From a virus (lineage: Duplodnaviria > Caudoviricetes): a stretch of DNA of 64,000 nucleotides. The notes below the pieces were generated by a model. It was given only the letters and a program-made list of their open reading frames with translations, did not search any database and was not told where the DNA came from. Below are positions 9,589-22,510 of this stretch, one piece after another. Within the stretch, counting starts at the first letter, position 1, and every line of letters begins with the position of its first letter. The DNA lies in IMG/VR virus record IMGVR_UViG_3300028048_000123, positions 12,465 through 76,464 of that record. One strand, 5' to 3'. Position numbers and translations under genes: made by a program.

Positions 9589-11541
9589 CTAGTTATTAGC
9601 TGTAAAATCTATTCCCTTAATATCCTCTGGTTTTGGAAGGTCCTCATCAGAGTTTTCTAATAGATCTAGTTTTTTCTCTAAGCCATCTAATTGTAAGCTT
9701 TCATTAGTTGGGATAGGTGGAAGTTCTATATCTTCTGCCCCTGCTTCGCTAGCTGGCTCATTAGGAGCTTCTGGAGCCTCGCCTCCAACTGCTGGCTCTT
9801 CACCTTCTGGTGTAGCATTCTTTTCTTCTTCTTTAGCAGTTTTGATAGCTTCAATTTCTTCATCAATGATAGCTTGCATTTCATCGCCATAATTTAATGT
9901 GCCTAATTGGTATTTCAATAGCTTTAATCTTCTTTCTCTGTCTTCAACATCTGTAAATAAGCTGTTCATACTACTAATTGCATTTAGTCTATCTGTTAAG
10001 TCTTTTCTATAGTCTAGCATTTCTTGTGTTATAGGTTGTTGCATCTTTAATACAAAGTTATTTAGATAGCTTACAAGACCATTATTAATAAGCATTAAAT
10101 TAATAGCTTCTGTAACAGCTTGTATAACAGCATTTTGAACCATCTTTACATTCTTACCAAATTGAGATGAAATAATTGTTAAAGCCGTACCACCATTGAA
10201 ACCACCACCTTCATCTGTAAATCCAAAATATTGTTTTGGCACACCAAATGCAGCGTAGAATTTATCATTCCACCATTCGATATCAGCAATACCCTTAACT
10301 TCTGTATCGCCACCAACAGCATTAATAGTAATTGCACCTTGTCCATTATGTGTTGTATAATAAACATTGTTTTCTGTTGGACCTGGGTTAATAAACTCAG
10401 ACATACCGCCGTCTGTTCTACCTTCACCAGTAACTAAAGCTGTTTTTTGCTCTATCATAGACTTAACATATCTTAAAGTAGCTTTTGCTTTTTCTTTAGA
10501 CATGTCACCTACATCGACAGCTACAAGTCTAATAATACTTGAACGTGTAACTCTATTTAAAATAGCTGCATTTTCTAATAATGTCTTTTCTCTTCAAGTT
10601 TTATATGAATCATATAGAATAGATTTACCACGTTTAACTGTATAATCCATACTATTTAAATCAGCATCATAATCAGTAGCATTTCTATAGATTTGAACTG
10701 TTTCTGGGAATCTTGTATAGTTGTCATCTAGATAAGCATGCACATAGTCATCAGCTTGGTGCACAATAACGTCATTACTTTTCATTCTGTAATTAGCTAC
10801 AGTAATGCCTGATGTTGCGCTTACTACTTCAGAATAATCATATCCTAAATCTTTTGTATTTGGAACCTCAATAAAGCCATATGTTTTACCATATTTAGTA
10901 AGCTCAAACATTGTGCTTGGATCTGGAACCATTTCTACATAATAGCTATACTTATCGTTGTTATTATGCATTGATAAGATAATGTTTTCATCTAAACCTT
11001 GTGCTCTCGCTGTTTCCTTATCAAGCTCTTCATTTAAGATGTCTCTTGCACCTTTTGTCTTTGGTTGGCCAAATAAATCATCTTCATAGTCTGATTCTCT
11101 AAAAAGCTTTAGATAAACGTCGCCATATTTTAATAAACAATAAGTCCAACCATAAACATATTTATCTACATTCATGATATTCAATAAGTAATTTACATAC
11201 TTACTAACTTTTGGATCTTTTGCTTCACACCATATAATATGACCGTTATCAGCTGCTTCACAAACTGACCCTGCAAATGTCTTTAACAACATAGCTACTG
11301 CAGAATCTCTTCCCATTGTATCAATTAGCTCATAAACTTGTTCTCTGCCATTAGATATAGTAGTAAACTTTTCAAGTGCTGCATAGTCGATGTTTGTTCC
11401 ACCTAAAACTTCGTCAACTAGTTGTTTAGATAAGTCAACATCTGCCTTTACCGTTTTATCCAATACAGTAGACTTAATTTGGCTTCCTGCTAATGGGTTT
11501 GGTGATTTGGCTCTTGGTTTTCTAACCTTTTCGTCTGCCAT
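9589..11541 (-). CDS. Portal protein, T4 gp20-like (joined through TGA 10594-10596)
   Basis: Continuous frame YKT-W-REKTLLENAAILNRVTRSSIIR; KFYAAFGVPKQYFG; located between terminase and protease. Confidence 0.85.
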
Positions 11542-11569
11542 TTTTGTTTCTCCTTGTTTGTATTTAGTT

Positions 11570-13621
11570 TTATCCTAAAAATAATATTCCGTCCGAGATG
11601 TCTGCTAGATCCTGTGTTAAATCAGGGTCATCGTCATCATCAAACAGTCTATCAGTTTCATTTTTGTCTAACTCTTGATATATTTTAGCTAATTCATTTT
11701 GGAAATCAACTATTATCTGTTGCTTTCTTTGTGCTGCTGACTGCTCAGAGTTTACCTCAAGCATAGCGTCTAAATTAGTAGCTACATTTATGGTTGCAGT
11801 ACATAAATCAGCATGTTGTGATGCATTCCATAAAGAACCGACTACAGCATCGATTTGGTCTTTTGAACCAGATTTACCAGCGTCAGGGTGCTCAATATGT
11901 CCATCAGATAGCTTTTCAAGTCCTAAAACTTCTTCTGTCAAGAAATCACACTTTCTATAAACATCCATACGTCTGTCTGTCATAGTAGTTTTGAAATAAG
12001 CATATTGGTTTTGTTGTCTTGTTTTAGCATCAACACGGTCCACAGATACAGTCTTTACTTCAAAGCCGTCTGTTTTTAGCTCTTGTTGCATCATTGGTCC
12101 GCCTCAAGTATCGCAAGATATACCCTTAATATTAAAGCCTTGGTCTCTTAGCCACCTAATGAAGTTTCTGTGCTTTGCAAAGCTAATTGAGAAGCCCTTA
12201 GGAGCTTTAATAGACACTGAGAAAGCTACTCTATAGAAAAGTTCTCTTGAGATGTCTTCACCTTCAATACTTTCAGATTTACCTTTTAACCAAGTACCTG
12301 CAATACCTGTTTTGTCTCCTTTACCCAAGCTTCCAGACGACATGTCGAGATGAATAAATAAAGGTTTTGCTTTCCATTCATCAGGCACTTTACTTAGGTC
12401 AAAGAAATTCGCATATTGTGCAAAGTCATCAGGACTATTTCCAACCTCAATAATTTCTTTTGTGAAAGGGTTTTCATAGTCAGCTTTAATAGCATTCCAA
12501 GAAATACCTGAAATATACTTAGTAGCAGAAGCAGTTGAAATACCTGCAATATCTGTTAAAGCTAATTCAATGTTCGTTTTGAAAGCTTCTAAATAAGCTT
12601 CTGTTCTTGGAACTGAAATAATCCTGTTATATCCCTTTTCTCTGTATGTTGCCTCATCAGCATTATCTGGGATAAGTTCATTTGGTAAGTATCTATCACC
12701 TACAGCTACTTTAAACCAAGTGCCTGTTTGTTTTCTGCTATCAACTACCCATTGTGGTTCGTCAATGATTAGTGTTGTCTTTGATTCATTTTTCTTCTTA
12801 GTTTCAATATAGTCATCTAAGAAAGATTGGTCTGATGCTTTAGAAGAAGCTATAATATTTAGTGTTGGTAAGAAGTTTCCTCTTAAGAATCTTGAAGCCA
12901 TACGGGCATCAACTTGAGAAATGATTTTTTTTAGCTTTGCCTTTTGTCTTTCAACGTCAGCACTTCTAGCATCAAAGTTAACTTCGTCTGAGAAATTACA
13001 GAATAGCGCACGACCTACAATTTGATTGTTGCTTGAAGCACATACAAACTCAATATGCTTTTCTGGAACAAACATCATATTGCTGGTTCCATGCATTTCA
13101 CCATGAGACATAAATCAATCACTTGAAAGTATTAATTGATTTAGCTTATCAAGAGCAACACCTCTAGCGTTATCAATAGTGATGTTCATTAAAGATATTG
13201 TGATTTTATCGATAGGCTGCATTCCATAATATAAATATGGATCTTTTAAGCAAAGTAATCTATAAAGCATATACAACTGACAAATAACGGCCATAGTAGA
13301 TTTACCAATACCAATAGACCCTGTAAGTATTAGAGTATTATAAGCAGTTGTTGTATTTGTCGGAAATATTTTTTCAAGTGTTTTTTCTCAGTAAGGGTAC
13401 AGTGTAAATCTGCCTTCTGGATCATATAAGCCATTTCCAAGATAATGTCTGTCATGTAAAAAAGTGTGCACGTCAACTGGAACTTCCTCTCAGTCGGCAT
13501 ACTTCATTTCTTCTAAAGTCTCAGATGAACCAGCTTTAGCATATTCGCCTAAAATCTTTAATACTTCAGCTCTTTCTTCTGGACTTAAATTGTCTAAAAT
13601 TTCTTGACTAATCCTTTCCAT
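11570..13621 (-). CDS. terL: Terminase large subunit, 683 aa with 4 in-frame TGA
   Basis: Walker A LILTGSIGIGKST in a region the ORF track misses; ALFCNFSDEVNF; RNase H-like LFIHLDMS; C-terminal KDQIDA. TGA at 13490, 13388 (YPY-W), 13115 (SSD-W-F) and 12104 (CDT-W-GG). Confidence 0.92.
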
Positions 13622-13629
13622 AACACTAT

Positions 13630-13641
13630 TATATTATACAT
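13630..13641 (-). promoter_or_regulatory. -10-type promoter immediately before the terL ATG
   Basis: ATGTATAATATA, with the TATAAT box ending 11 nt before the start codon; no SD. Confidence 0.45.
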
Positions 13642-13657
13642 TATATATAATGTATTT

Positions 13658-14674
13658 CTAATTTTCCTTATTTTCTTCCTTTAATCAATTTAATATTTCA
13701 CCTTTATTGTAAAACACTAAATAATTTAGTTTATTGGTTAAAGCACTTGCATGCTTTCTTATATCTAAGTCTGTTCAAGTATAAATAGCATTTTTATAAT
13801 ATTTAGATACTAAAGCTTTTTCTGTTCAATTAGTAAGCTTAGACCTACAAATATCTAGTTCTGGGTCAAATGGCATCCCGCCATGTGTTCAAGTAATATG
13901 TAATTCTATAAACAAATCTAATGATTTTATATAAAAATCACATTCAAATGGATAACGAGAATCGTTGCTATAGTGCCAGACCACATCACTATCTCCATAC
14001 TTTTCTTGCAATAGCTTATAAAATTCTTTTTCTATCCTTGAAGTATTAAATGTACTATTTAATTTTTGTGTCCTATATTTCTTAGCTAATCAATTTTCAG
14101 CATTGGTACGAAGCTCTGTTTTTCGTTTAGAACAAGCTGAGTACGAAGTAACACCATATTTTTGTAGGCATGTCTCTGAGACCCTATTTTTATACTCAGA
14201 TGTTTTGGTGTATCAGTCTACTCCATATTTTTTTAGATTCGTAGCCCTAATTCTTTTTATAGTAGCTTCGTCTTTAGTTATATTATCTACATTATACTTG
14301 TCTACTAAAGTTTGTTTTAGGTTTTTTAGCATTATATCCATCTTTTCTTCAGCTGTATGCTCAATTATATTATACTCAGCAAAAATTTCACGTAAATGCT
14401 TTTCTTTTATATGAAATTTGCTACAAGTGCTTTTTATATTATTGTCTTTGTAAAAATCAATAATAGCCTTTTTATCTAATTCAGTAAGGCTTGCTTTTCG
14501 GCTTTGCCCTCGTCCTCAGCTAGCTGGATGCCTTTTAATATTGTTATCTGCTAGTATTTTATTATAATTAGGTCTAGACAATCCAAATTTTTGCATAGTG
14601 CTATTATCGCTATGTGTAGACTGATACTTAATTAATTCAGCTATTTCTTCAGGGCTTAAAACTTTACGCTTCAT
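13658..14674 (-). CDS. Free-standing endonuclease, paralog of 4336..5211, 338 aa with 7 TGA (absent from the ORF track)
   Basis: RYPFECDFYIKSLDLFIELHIT-W-THGGMPF; three TGAs align with TGG Trp in the paralog. Confidence 0.8.
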
Positions 14675-15479
14675 TATTTTCCTCTGGCTTATTGGCTGTT
14701 ATTGTTCCTTTGCCTGTAGCTGGATTTTTATTTGAGCCTTTTTGTATTTTGCCTCTATTCTGTGCTCAAGTATTTATCGTTTCAATAGTATGCTTATCAC
14801 TGGTCAAGTCAACGTCTTCCGGCACTAAATTATAATCTGCAGCCTCATCAACTGTAATACCATATAACTTTGGAAAAATAACCTTTAAAAAAGTATCATG
14901 CATATTCTCATCTAAATAAAATATATAGTTTTTAATGCATGAAGCAACTTTCATCAAGAAGTCTTGATTAGAAAGCACTAAAAGAATATGCTTACAACCT
15001 CTACCTTTTTCATCTCTTGGGTTTCTAATGCCTTTTCCTGGGCCTGGATCTTGTGCTGTGTCATCTACCGATACATTATTTACAATGTTTCAGTGGGCAT
15101 AGTTAAAAGTATGGTCCGGGCAAGTACATTTTATATAGATATTAGCAGTATTAAAAATCTTTGTCAAAGCTTGTATTATAGTTCTAAATTCAAGCTTGTA
15201 TTTATTATTTTTAATATTTTTAGCTATTTCAGCACATACACCTTCCATTTTAACTGTAACAGTATAGCTATCTGTCTCGCCTGTTACTGGCACATCAAAT
15301 TGTAGTATATCTTGCTTAAAGAACTTATTCATGTCTATGCTCGAATACGATTTAACTTGATTAGCAATCTTAGAATAGCGTTTTCTTTCAAATCTATTTT
15401 TGCCACGAGACCTATCTTTGTAGTCTCCTACATTTCTTGATTTATTTATTAAGGTTGTACGTGTATCTTCTAATAACAT
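14664..15479 (-). CDS. SWIM-like Zn-finger protein (joined through TGA 15090 and 14766)
   Basis: IKCTCPDH...W...RNPRDEKGRGCKHILL, a CxC...CxH pattern; stop TAA 14664-14666. Confidence 0.65.
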
Positions 15480-15506
15480 TTTTACTCCTAAAATATTGAG
15501 TCTCAG

Positions 15507-15518
15507 TATAATTTAGCA
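15507..15518 (-). promoter_or_regulatory. GCTAAATTA element
   Basis: TGCTAAATTATA upstream of the SWIM gene. Confidence 0.6.
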
Positions 15519-15543
15519 TATTTTTAATAAAAATAAATAAAAA

Positions 15544-15569
15544 AAGAAAGCTATTTTTCAAGCTTTCTT
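15544..15569 (-). terminator. Intrinsic terminator
   Basis: AAGAAAGCT/AGCTTTCTT stem plus T tract. Confidence 0.7.
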
Positions 15570-15590
15570 CATTATAATTTTACTATTTTG

Positions 15591-17543
15591 CTAAATTTTT
15601 ATTTGGCCTGATATATTGTACATTCTATTAGGCATTCCTGTTGTAGCCATTGCTTTGAAGTCAAATTTACCAGCAGTCTTATTTACATTAGCTATATAAT
15701 CCTGAGCTTTAAGCATTCTACAGATATAGTCAGCATCATTTTCGCTTACATTAGAAATGGTAAACTTACCATAAGGATTTATAAGTGGCTGTGTATGAGC
15801 TAACTGAGCAATTTTAATTCTGTATTCCGTTATTTGCTTATTTGATAGCATATCTAAGCCTTCAGGTAGCTCCTCGGGCTCATTATTGCCCAACTGGTCA
15901 ACCATTTCAGATAAGCTTAGCTCTTTTCCTAAAAGCTCATTCTTTAAGTCTTTAAGTCTGTCTAAATAGCCCTTGTTTCTAATGGTCTTAAATATAACAT
16001 TTTCAAGTCCATATTCACCTGTCAATGGAAGGCCTATTTTTCTTAAATTATATAAGTCTTCAATATAAGCATCAATTTCTCTAATTTGTTGTGTCTTAAT
16101 ATCTTCAGCTGCATCTGGATCTGGCTCATAGTATTCTTCAAGCTCACCTACAGCATCATTTAGCACTTGTCTATATCTCTCTTCTCACTTAGCTAACTCA
16201 GCATTAAATACGTCCATATCCATATCTGGAATATTTACGTACTTAGGTTCTTGTAGCCATTCTCTATTTAACACTGAATAAACACCATTGCTTACTCTTG
16301 GTGTGCTTTCGTCTTCAACATAGATTTCAACTGGGATGTCATAGAAGTCAATATCAAGTCTCTTATTAAATAAGCTTCTATAAGCACTGTATAGCTTTGA
16401 GTATAAGTTATCTGGACATTCCAAACTGTCTGTATCAACTATAATATGTAAGTCTAAATCGCTATAAGGTGTATAGTTATAACTTGCATTTGAGCCAATA
16501 ATTAAAATATCTTTTACATTTATTTTGATTTCGTCTTCAGCTAAACCGGCTAAGAATACATCAACTATTTGCTTAATCTTTTCTTCAACTTCTGGTTTTA
16601 ATACTTCATCAGCTGTCCAAAGCTTTGGATTAAGTGTTGTGTGCTTAGCTACTGCATTTGCAGAAGGCATTTCTTCTGTGTCTTCTATTAAAGCATCTGA
16701 AAAATCTCTTCTCATAGATTTACTTCCTTTTATTAAGCCTTCATGGCATTTACATCTTTTATTTATATAAGCAGGGCCACAATCTGTATTAACTAAATCA
16801 TAGCAGTCTTTTAAGTTACCAAAATCAGGTATAGCTATTGGCCCAATTCCTCTAAACTGGTCATCAGTTATTGTAAATTCAAAATCTTTAACTGGCTTTT
16901 TAGTTTCCATATGATCAGCTGCAGCAATAATAAAGTCTCTTGCTTGCTCTACACTTTCAAAAACAGGCTCTGAATAATTACCTAATTTTCTTGGTACACC
17001 ATCAATTCCCATTTTATATAATCCTGGAGATTTTGGTCTTAAAAATACAATATAAGCTGCACAACCTTTTTCATATCTCATATCTTTTGATATAATACGA
17101 TAATGGTCTGTTCGGCCTGTCTTTCTTATTTTGATTCTTGATTCAATAGTTGCCATAGCTTTTTCGTCAGCTTTCTTCATTTCTTCAGCAGCTATTACTT
17201 TAATTTCCTCAAGCTTACGTGCTATACCTGGGTTTGAAGCTATCTTATTAAGTATATCACTAAGTTCTGCTTTTGGTATTGGAAGCCCATAATAGCCACC
17301 TTCAAGTATATATGCAAGTTCTCCAGCTGTTTTTGAATTATCTGCAAGTATATAATAGCAAATACATGCAATAATAGCAGTAATTATATCTTTGCCACTA
17401 TACTTCTCTACACATTTAGCTAAAGCTGCTGTGCCAGACTTTAGATGCTTGCATACAAATATATAATCTTCAACATTGAAGTCGTCTTCACTTATTGCCA
17501 TCCCTGGCCCTAAGCTTATTGCTGATTCATTTAGCTTATCCAC
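15591..17543 (-). CDS. Pol-beta-superfamily nucleotidyltransferase domain protein, 650 aa (joined through TGA 16185)
   Basis: IIGSNASYNY..SDLDLHI (GS...DxD), PVEIYVE; frame continues ELAK-W-EERYRQVL. Confidence 0.75.
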
Positions 17544-17545
17544 TA

Positions 17546-20356
17546 TTAGTCTTCCTCTACTTCATCAATTTCTTCATATTCAGGCTCTAAACCTTGATAT
17601 TCGGCCATTCTTGCTGGAATTACAAACTTCATATTGCAGGCATCACAGCATCTACCTTCGCTCTTAACTGGGGCTGGATTATTTCCATAGCCATCAATTT
17701 CTTCACCACAGATACAGCAGATGCCACCCTTAGCTTCAGTTAATGTTTCACCAAAAGCATTTACAGGTGCAAAGTCTAAATCAAAAGCTTCATAAATTTC
17801 TGGTTCAACTTCTGGAAGGTCAGCTACTGTTAGTCTGTCTTCATATTCTTGCTTAACTGGCTCTCTTTCTAAGTTCATATCTGTACCAGTGAAGTGCTTA
17901 CGTTTTTCTTCCTTTTTAACATATAAGTCATAGTCCATAATTCTAACATGGTTTTTATCGTATAATACGCCTTCATCGTAATAATATATAATATCATTAT
18001 TTGTTAGCTTATGTACGTCCTCATTATCAACTAGGTTCTTTAATGAATAAACAGAACAGTTTTCACCCTTGTCTCCAATAGCAATAAGAGCTTTAATAAT
18101 ACCAGCTTTGTTAGCGCAATAAATATTTTGTGGTCTTATGTAGTATCTTCTAACTTCACGCTTTGCTTCATTTAAGTTTTTAATGCCTTCTATTAGCTTG
18201 CTTTCTAAGCCTTCATCAAGCTCTGCTAGCATACTGCTTAATCTGCTAGTGATCTCAGGGTCAGAGCTTAACACATTTAATATATTCTTAATATCGTCTA
18301 CAGTAATAGAGTAACGCTTGCAGATATGGTCTATAATTATTTGTGCTACTTCTGTCTTACCCAAAGTTATAGCATAGAGCAATCTTACAAAGAATGCCTT
18401 TAAACGTTTATATAACGGATCCTTAGAATACTCTATATCATGTAGTGTTGACTTTATGCTGCTTGGGTACAATTCAATTTCTTTAAATTCAGCTAGCATT
18501 AAATCATCTACACTAGGTGCTACCAATCTCTTTTCAGCAACCCAGACTTTTGGAATAGCTACACCTTTTGACACCATTTCAGCTTCAAGTCGTTTTAAGG
18601 TATCTGTATAACCATTAACTCTGCATATGTTCCAGTTATATTCTAGTTTTTCAGGAGACATAGCTTTTATGCCTGTGCCGGCACGGTCTCTTGTGCCTTC
18701 TTCAGTGTCTTTCATTTTCTGAAGTTGTGTAGCATAGTCTAATCTAACTTCAGTAAGTTCTTGAGCTTCTGCTAAAGATTCAAATGTTTCATTTCCCAAT
18801 GTTTCATAAGGTGTCTTTAAGAAATAAATTTGGTTTGTATATAAAGCTCTAACTTGTGGCTTTGCTAGCATACCATTTGAAATCTTAGACCTTGTTTCAA
18901 AATTCTTTTCAGAACTTAATTGAACAGCATCAATAGTTTTAGCATCTGATTCAAGTTGAGCTCTAATCTTATTAGCTAAATCAACTATTTCTCATCTATG
19001 CTTCTTAGGTTCGCCTTTAGCTGTTACGCCATATAGAAGGTCATCAGCTATTTTCTCAACAGCAGCTAAAATAGTCTCTTCAAGTAATTCACGAGACACT
19101 TTAATATAACCATTGCCATCAAATATATCAAGATAATATGTTACTACTGGATAGCTTCCAACTCTTGGATAGAATAGAATAGTATTATAGTTATCCTTTG
19201 TTATCGTGCCATCAGCTTGTACCTTTGTATTTGTATATTGCTTAACAATTTTATTTGCACTTGCATAGTTTGCTGAGAAATCAGCTTCTCTATGAGCAAG
19301 TGGTCTTCTATTTTCATGATGTCCAGCATCATTACCAATAGCCATAGTATCTTTAGCTATTTGAAGTCTTCTTTCTCTGTTAGTATCATCATTAGCTCTT
19401 GCTTCAATATAGTCAATACCTGTATAGCCAAGTAAACGAGTACACTTTAATAATGTAAATTTATCCTTTAGCTCTGAATAGAAATAAACTGGAGTGGCAT
19501 AACCAACTTCAAATTCTTCTTCCGGCTCAAGTTTTTCTAAGGCATCTTCAATTTTTTTCTTTTCTATAATATGAAGCCCATTTGGTAAATCAATGTCTTC
19601 ACCAGCCTTAGCAACATACATTTTATCTTCATCAAGATCAATAGCTTCTTCTAAGCTTTCATTAATATTTAATGTATCCCACATAATACCATTATTAGTA
19701 TAATATAAATGCTTCATACCTTGTGTAGTATCTACATCTACCCCTTTATAAGTAACACCATCGTCAATACTACCGCCATGCTCTACTTGAGTAATTGTAT
19801 CATTACTTTTATTTTCTATGTAATCAAAATCTATCTCATCAAAATATAAAATAAGGTCTTCTTTATCAAAATATGGCACAGCAAAACCATTCCAATCTTC
19901 ATTTGGATCATAATAACCCTTAACTCTAACGTCTGGGTCTACACAATAAAAAATTGCAGGCTTAAGAGCAGCAGTATCTTCATGTAAGCTTTCACCCATA
20001 GCTCCTCCGCCTTCACCGCTGGCAGTTCCACCATCACCTGCGCCTGCATCTCCAGCACTTGCACCTGCATCTCCTGCAGCTTCAGCAGCAGCTTCTCCAG
20101 GTCCAGCTACATCTACAGCAGCTCCTGTACCAGCATCTATGGCAGCAGCTTCAGCATCAACAGCTATTTCTACAGCATTAGCTTCTTTTTCTGCTTCTTT
20201 AGTAGCATCTTTTATTTGGTCTTCAAAATCTGTTCCCATTCTTTTATTGAACATTTTGCAGTTATAATCTGGATTTCCAGTTGTAAAAGTCAAGTAAGCA
20301 CCACTTACTTTCTTCTTCTTTTTCTTATCTGCTTCTGTTAAACGTAGTTTAATCAT
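17546..20356 (-). CDS. Large multidomain hypothetical protein, 936 aa, C-terminal Zn finger (joined through TGA 18992)
   Basis: Continuous frame KKHR-W-EIVDL; CCICGE...GRCCDACN; Ala/Gly-rich linker. Confidence 0.65.
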
Positions 20357-20388
20357 ATTTTATTTTCTCCTTAACTTGAGCAACGTCA

Positions 20389-20400
20389 TATAATTTAGCA
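20389..20400 (-). promoter_or_regulatory. GCTAAATTA element
   Basis: TGCTAAATTATA upstream of 20356. Confidence 0.6.
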
Positions 20401-20424
20401 GAAAAACCAATTAAATAATAAAAT

Positions 20425-20451
20425 AAAAGAGACCCAAATAAGGTCTCTTTT
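20425..20451 (-). terminator. Intrinsic terminator
   Basis: AAAAGAGACC/GGTCTCTTTT stem. Confidence 0.8.
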
Positions 20452-20468
20452 TGTATAGCTTAATTATG

Positions 20469-20954
20469 TTAGTTAAAAAGATTAAAAGCTTCTTGTAAAT
20501 CTATTTTTTCTTCTTCATCAGCGGGTGTTGGTTCATCAAAGTCTGTAAAATACTCAAATGGCTCTTCAACCTTAGCTGGTTCTTCAGCTTTTTCTTCGAC
20601 TTCTACTTCGCCTTCATCTTCATCTTTTTCAATTTTAATCTTTGTCTTGTCTTCATCACCATAGTTTTTAACTTCAATATTAACGTTAACGTCTTCTGTT
20701 AATGCTTTGTCTTCATCCTCTGGGAATTCAACGTAGTCTTTAGCTTCTGCAAAGGCCTCTAGTTGTCCAATAGCAATTAAATAGCTATCTGCCAAAGCTT
20801 GTAATGTGTCTTCAATTTGCTTCGCACCCTTATAAGCACTTCCAATAGACTCAATGTCAGCTTTAATATTGCCAACTTCAGCCCAACCTCTGCTAATTAG
20901 GTCTGTTAACAAACTTACAGGTATTGTTTCTTTTGATTCTTTTAATTCTGCCAT
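20469..20954 (-). CDS. Acidic hypothetical protein
   Basis: 161-aa ORF, AAGGAG RBS. Confidence 0.65.
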   Translation of the reverse strand: MAELKESKETIPVSLLTDLISRGWAEVGNIKADIESIGSAYKGAKQIEDTLQALADSYLIAIGQLEAFAEAKDYVEFPEDEDKALTEDVNVNIEVKNYGDEDKTKIKIEKDEDEGEVEVEEKAEEPAKVEEPFEYFTDFDEPTPADEEEKIDLQEAFNLFN

Positions 20955-20967
20955 ATTTTATACTCCT

Positions 20968-22509
20968 TTAAACCTTATATTCATAAGTGCCTTTTCTGCC
21001 TCTTAATTTTATGCTAGCTTCTGGAACTCTATCACCATTTTTCCATAAGAACCATACACAACCAGGAACGACAGTACCTGGACCTTTTATGCAGCCATGT
21101 TGGCCCGGATGATTATAATTCACAGCAATATCTGAGTCAGTCATTATAATTACATTCTTAGTTTTTGGTGCAGCATCAATATTTTGGATGATTAGGTCCC
21201 AGCATTCTCTTGCACCTCTTGATCTTGCTGCAGCTTGATTTGTAGTTAATATTTCTGAAAAATAGAAAATATTAAGCTTTAAGTAATCCTCTTTTTCAAG
21301 GTCAAGCATATCTTTAATTGCAGCCATACCTTGTCTAACCTCACTTTCACTCCAAGAACCTGATTGGTCAAAATATACATCAATAGATGGCTTGTTTTCA
21401 TCTGGTATATCATCAATTCTTATACCAGGAACAGCTATGTCATCAAGCTCATGTGCTCTATTAACAATAGCATATGTTTCTTCTTCAACTTCCATCATAT
21501 CTCTGATTTGGTCACCAATAGCTTTCTTCAAGTCAGCTTTGAATGTTTCCATATTGCCTTTAAATGCGGCACCACGAGCAGCTTCCAATTCTCTTTTTAA
21601 ACGTTCTTTTTCACGTTCTGCTGCTTTCATCTTTTGATATTCTGGGTCTGTTACAATATTTTGCTTATCTTCATCATCTAATAGCTCATTACCATATACA
21701 TCAGCAGCGTCATCTTTGATCTTAGCAATACGGTCTTTTACATTATCAATTTTAGTATGTGCTACGCCAGCTTTTTCAGCTATATCAAGTGCTTTATTAA
21801 TAAGTTCATTGAATTCTGAAGCTGACATGTCTTTAACTTTTTCAGGGTTTTCTTTTAGCTCTTTATGCATTTCAGAAAGCTTTTCATCAATTTCCTTTAA
21901 TGTAGCTTTATCTTCTTCTGATAGTGATGGGCTTTCAGACTTTTCATCTTTATCTAAAGCACGCTTAATTTGTTTATGGCAACTTGCAGCTTCAACTCTA
22001 CGTCTGAAGGCTTCTGATTCCATTTTCTTTTTCTCTTCTTCTTCAGCGCCATCTTTTGTTAAATCTTTATCTAGCTTGCTTTCTTCTTCATCATCAACAA
22101 GATCATCATCATCTGGCTTCTTTGAATCGCCTTCTTCTGATTTTCCAGGGTCACTTTCATCACCCTCTTTTTTATCTTCAGCTTTACCAGGATCACTCTC
22201 ATCTGACTTTTTTGGATCGCCTTTATCTTCGTCATCATCATCTTCATCATCTGTTGAACCAGGCATATCAATGTCGTCAGGATTTTCAAATTCAGTATCA
22301 TCTGGTGGTGTAGGCTCTTCTGGTGTAGGTTGTTCTAGCTCAGGATCTATCTCAGTTTCAGGTGGGATAGGAAATCCAGGTGGAATTGGCATACCACCTT
22401 CACGAGCGCCAATAACAGCGCTTATGGCATCCATAACGCCATCTTTTTCGTCGCCGGTTGTTAAAGCTCCTATTCAGTCTTTTAATGCTTTTAATTCGTC
22501 ACTTGTCAT
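20968..22509 (-). CDS. Acidic low-complexity protein with C-terminal VWA domain (extended through TGA 22474)
   Basis: MIDAS motif DVYFDQSGS and VIIMTDSD; start ATG 22509 directly after the upstream TAG. Confidence 0.7.
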
Positions 22510-22510
22510 A

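Noticed and set aside
11570-14674. terL, portal and neighbours as pseudogenes or sequencing errors
   Set aside because: All breaks are in-frame TGA at Trp-compatible positions with no frameshifts; the pattern is systematic across the window.
13658-14674. TGA as selenocysteine or glycine (code 25)
   Set aside because: TGA aligns with TGG-coded Trp in in-window paralogs; the contexts are not redox Cys sites.
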